From an uncultured Actinomycetota bacterium (lineage in GTDB: Bacteria; Actinomycetota; Actinomycetes; Actinomycetales; Dermatophilaceae), in contig CAWEDC010000015.1 in the NCBI GenBank assembly GCA_963807825.1, positions 195,585 to 259,584 of the forward strand: DNA of 64,000 nt. Reading direction: 5' to 3'. The position numbers were made by a program, and so were the translations under genes. How positions within the stretch are numbered: position 1 is the first letter of the stretch; every line of letters starts with the position of its first letter. Below are positions 59,655-64,000 of this stretch, in pieces. The notes beneath the pieces are model-generated. The model was not told the origin of the DNA and ran no database searches. It was given only the letters and a program-made list of their open reading frames with translations.

Positions 59655-62600
59655 GGTTCCGACCACGCCCGGGGCCATCCACGCCTGGATGGTCGCGGCC
59701 ACGAGCCCGAGCCCGAAGACGAGGACGGGTCCCATCACCGCCGCCTTCGGGATCCATCGGCCCACGGCAACGACCGCGAGTCCGACGAGCAGGCCCACCG
59801 GCCCGGCCACCAGTCCCGCGACGAGGACAACACCCGCGGCGATCACCCAAGGGTGGGCTGCCCGCAGGTCCGCGCCGACGGCCTGCAACCGACGCCGGCC
59901 GCGGTCAGGCCGAGCCACGCCCACAACGAGGAGGGCGACCAACAAGGCACCGGCCAGGAGCCCCCACCGGTATGCACCGTCGGGGCCGAACTGGACGGTG
60001 AGCGGACCCGACACGCCGGCGGGAACGACGAAGCCCTGTCGACGACCATCGACCACCTGAGGCTTGAGCGCGTGTCCGTCCACCTCGGCCTGCCATCCCG
60101 GGTTGGCGTTTTCGGCCATGACGAGAAGACGTTGCGGGCCACTCCCGATCTGGGTCCGCAGCGCCGTCGGGCTGTCCCGAACGAACTTCACCGCCACTGG
60201 CGGCGATGATGCGGTCGCCGTCGTGGGGGGACGGATCACCGCCGTGCGCGGGGCCAAGTCGTGCCACGGTTCGAGGACGAAACGGTGAACGTCGGCGTCG
60301 GTGAGCCGTGAAGGAGCCGCAGGCCTGCCAGCTGAAGTCGCCCAGCGCCGAAGAGCGCACTGCGGGGGCCGCGCGGCCGACGTCGGCACGGCACGTCCGT
60401 CGACGGTGAGCGCTCGGGCCGGAGCCGCACTCCCCCGCGAGCTCTTGGCGCGGAGGCGCGAAGTCGCGCCCGGCGATCACGAGGTTCTCGAGCTCGAGGG
60501 CGCCGATGCCCGGACGGCCTCGGCCAGGAACGTGGACAAAGGTGAGCGTGATGCGGCGTCCGACGGTCGGCGGGATGGTGATCACACCACTGGGCTGGAG
60601 GCGACGCGTCACCTCGATCCCGTCCACGTCCACGAGCACGGCTGGCGACTCCTTCCGAGCCCAGTCCCGCCGGGTGTCCAATCTCAGGCTCGTCACCGTC
60701 ACGGGTTCATCCAGCTCGAGGGTGATCGACGGAGACTCATCCTGGGGCGACGGGCTCCACGCGGTGCGAGGGTCAGAGTCCACGACACCCACGGGCAGCC
60801 CGATCGGGGCGTAGCCGCGCAGACTGCTCGCGGTGACCTTCACCCCGGGAACGGACATCAACTCGACAGGAGGTCTCAGCGGGTCGACGGCCAGGGTGCC
60901 CTGGGCGATCCGCTCGTCCACCCGTCAGCCCTCGGACATCTCGGATCATCGGACCGGTCGACTCGGGGTCGACGAGCTCGCCAGAGAAGCAGACCGGCTC
61001 GGTGGCCAGTGAGGCGCAGCCGTCCCTTCCCGCGAGGCCCGCACCGAGCACCGCCGTGTCCGCCTTCGCCCCGGTGACCTCCGGGGTCGTCACGACCTCG
61101 CGCGGCGTGATGCCCGGGAGCCCGACCTCGGCCAGCCCGGTGACGACACGTGAAGGCGGTCCTCCTGTGGTGTCCCGAATCGCGATCCGGACCGAGGTCG
61201 TCGGGCCTCGCGGCAGGGTCACCTTGGTCACTCCGCCCGAGCCCGGAAGCCGCACATCGACAGAGCCTTCGTCCGTCGTCACCGTGATCGAGGTGGGAAC
61301 CCCCAGTCCCTCGCCGAAACGGACCCGGTCGGAGAACGGCTGCACCGTGATCGTGCCGAGGTCAGCTGCCGAGCTCCAGCTCGATGGTGAGCTCAGGGGC
61401 TTCGTCCCAGAGTGCGGCCCAGGCGCGTGCGCTCGTCACCGTCGAGTGCAGCGAACGGTCGATGCGCCGGCTGGAGTCCGGCAAAGCCGAAGTCCTCCGC
61501 GATGGACGACGTCGCTCGCACGGACCGGATTCCCTCGGTGCTGACGACCGACCGACGCGCCACCTCCGGCCACGGCAAGTAGTCGGGTGCCGTCGACGGC
61601 GTCAGCGGAGTCGAGGGCGTTGGTCAGGTCCTGACCTCTGGGGGCACCGAACCAGCGGGTGCGAGCGCGAAACCCGTCGGTGACGATGTTCTGCACCGGA
61701 GCGAGTGTCGTGTCGTCGCGATCACCGTCAAAGATGACGGGTCGACCACCCAGGTTGACGTCACCCAGTCGCGCAAGGTCTTCGGGGGCCCCACTGACAC
61801 CCACCGATTCGGAACCGTCCCAGAGGGCCAGCTCGGGGGCCACATCACCCACAAGGCTGTAGACCTCGACCGGGTAGACGCGTTCTCCGGCGGCGTCCAG
61901 CAAGGTCAATCCGAATCCCTTGGTGAATGTGACGTCAGGGGTGCTGCGGATCGCCGAGCGGGCGAGAGCGACCGGAGGCTGGCCCCCCTCCTGCGGGGCC
62001 AGGTCGTTGCGGACGACGAGATAGCGGACGCCAGCATCGCGGAGCATCGCGGGCGCTCCGCCGAGTGCCATGCCTGTCTGCAGCCGGCGTTCGACCTCGT
62101 CCATGAGGCGGATCGTGCCGGGAGGCGTCAGCGGAACCGCGTCCCGCACGGCATACGGAGCCGTCGACAGGGCACGCAACGGTTCGTCGATGGTGCGACC
62201 CCAGGAGTACTCGCCGAAGTTGGCCGCCGGAACGATCAGGGCGCGGCCCTGACCCTCGGTCTCGAGCCATCGGCCGAGATCCTTCCACTGCGAAGCCATG
62301 TCGGTGAAGGTGCCTCGGGTCGCGATGGCCCCGCTGAAGCCGGGCGCGGCGGCACCGATGACGATGGCCGTCACTGCGGTCAGTGCCGCGCCCCTGAGCC
62401 ACTGGCGGCGCGGGCGCCAGGCCATGGCTTGGGTGAGGAGCTGGGCCAGGCCGATCGTCAGCGCGAGCCGGACCAGCAGGTCCGCCTTGTGAATGTTGCG
62501 GAGGGCGACGAGAGGGCCGTCGAGTGCCGACTGCGCCTGGGTCACGAACGGCGAGGCAAAGGGCCCGTCGTGGGGAAGGCTCAGTGCGACCACGCCGCAC

Positions 62601-63563
62601 AGCAGCATCAGGAAGAGAAAGCGCCGATGCACCGTCGGACGCAGGGCCAACCCGGCCAGTCCCGCCGCCATGACGACCGTCGTGAACAGGATGCTTGCTC
62701 GAGAGGTGACGAGTTCGTATCCCGCCGGCCACCACACCCCGCCCGGGGTGACCAGGTGCCCGAGCCAGTGAGTCGTTCCGCGCAGGACGTCCAACAGCGT
62801 GATCTGGGAGGAGACCGCGTTGGCGTTCTCGATCCAGTCGAGGAACGGTGGCGAGTAGCGGCCCATGATGAGCAGGGGCAAGAGCCACCAGCTCGTGGCG
62901 GCCAGGACTGCCACACCCCACATCCAGGTGACCGGCTGACGCCACCAGTTCGTCCGCGTGAGCAGCCACAGTGCCCCCGGAAGAATCGCGAAGGCTGTGG
63001 CCGTGGCGTTCACACCGCCACAGCACAGAATCGCCAGCCCACTCAGTGCCGCTCCCCGACGAGGTCCGAGCCGTCCCCGGGCTACCAGGACGAGGGGCAG
63101 AAGGACTGCGGGTGCGAGCAGTTGGGGCTGCGCCTCTGACGACAGACCGCCAATGGTGCTGATGACGCGCGGGGCCAGGACGTAGGCGAGGGCCGCCAAT
63201 ACGCGGACTCCCGGGCTCTTGACGTCCAGGGCCCGGAGCAGAGCCAGCATGGCGACGAATCCCGCGGTGAGGAGCGTGGTCCACCACAGGCGCTGTACGA
63301 CCCACATCGGGAGCAGTTCGGAGCCCACGCCGAAGAAGGGGCCCATCGGGAAGAGGTAGCCGAAGGCCTGGTTCTGCAGTCCGCCCCACGTCACCTGGGG
63401 GTCCCACAGGTGCAGGGATCTCGCCCAGGAATCCCCACGGGTCAACGTAGAGATCGTTCTTCGTGTCCTCAGCGATGCGTCCGGGGCTCACCGACCACGC
63501 CACGGTCCACACGACGAGCAGTCCCGCCCAGACCAGACCGCTGATGCGCGGTCGCTTCGTCAC
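59562..63563 (-). CDS. aftD: AftD-like (DUF3367) arabinofuranosyltransferase, multiple frameshifts
   Basis: DTKNDL, LQNQAFGYLFPMGPFF, GGVNAT, YSPPFLDWIE, LRNIHK, WGRTIDEP, ENANPGW. Confidence 0.8.
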
Positions 63564-64000
63564 GTCCGACGCAGAACCAGCATGAGGTTCCATGTCAGCT
63601 ACCTCACGCAATCCCGGAACGCTGAGCACTCCGTCGGCCCAGTCGGGGTGGTATCGCGGGGCGGCCTCGATGAGCCAAGCGTCGGGTTGGCGCCGGGCCC
63701 AACGCAAGCCCGCCCGCAACCGTCGTGGCGTGCATCGACGTCGCCAAAGACGTTCTTCGGCGGGTGCCCGTGCTTGCGTTCGTAGCGGCTTCGCGGCATA
63801 GTGCCCACCCAGCCAGTGCCAGGGCGAGGTCTCGTGCCCGCCCCACGGGGAGGCCCACGCGGTGTACGAGATGAAGACCAGCCCACCTGGCCGAACCACG
63901 CGAAGCATCTCGTCACCGACCACACCGGGAGCGCGGCACGTGCTCCATGAGGTTGTTGGCCATCACGATGTCGACACTGCCATCAGCCACGGGGATCTGC
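63560..64000 (-). CDS. Class I SAM-dependent methyltransferase (Rv0224c-like), partial and frameshifted
   Basis: EMLRVVRPGG, SYTAWASPWGGHETSPWHWLGG, PRYHP. Confidence 0.78.

Overview
64 kb of high-GC (roughly 70% by eye) actinobacterial chromosome. Gene order and content suggest a non-mycolata member of Micrococcales, possibly Intrasporangiaceae; this is inference. Content in order: a secreted M4-M28-M4 protease cluster, ctaA/ctaB, tkt-tal-pgi-zwf-opcA-pgl, rbpA-secG-tpiA-pgk-gap-whiA-yvcK-rapZ-uvrC, a liv ABC operon, uvrA, terC behind a yybP-ykoY riboswitch, uvrB, coaE, a two-component system with an AfuABC-like transporter and inositol monophosphatase, rpsA, and an AftD/DUF3068/acyltransferase/methyltransferase envelope cluster. 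Many core genes carry single-base frameshifts, most likely long-read assembly errors. The most striking unexplained signal is a non-palindromic octamer, CGGCATAC/GTATGCCG. I counted 44 copies by eye (24 plus, 20 minus; about 1 per 1.5 kb, versus about 2 expected from base composition). It forces rare codons in several reading frames, is enriched between genes, and forms inverted pairs and hairpins at gene ends, resembling a DNA-uptake-sequence-like or chromosome-marking system. uvrA, uvrB and uvrC each carry a PafBC/RecA-NDp-type promoter, and a second structured element lies upstream of the Mn riboswitch.
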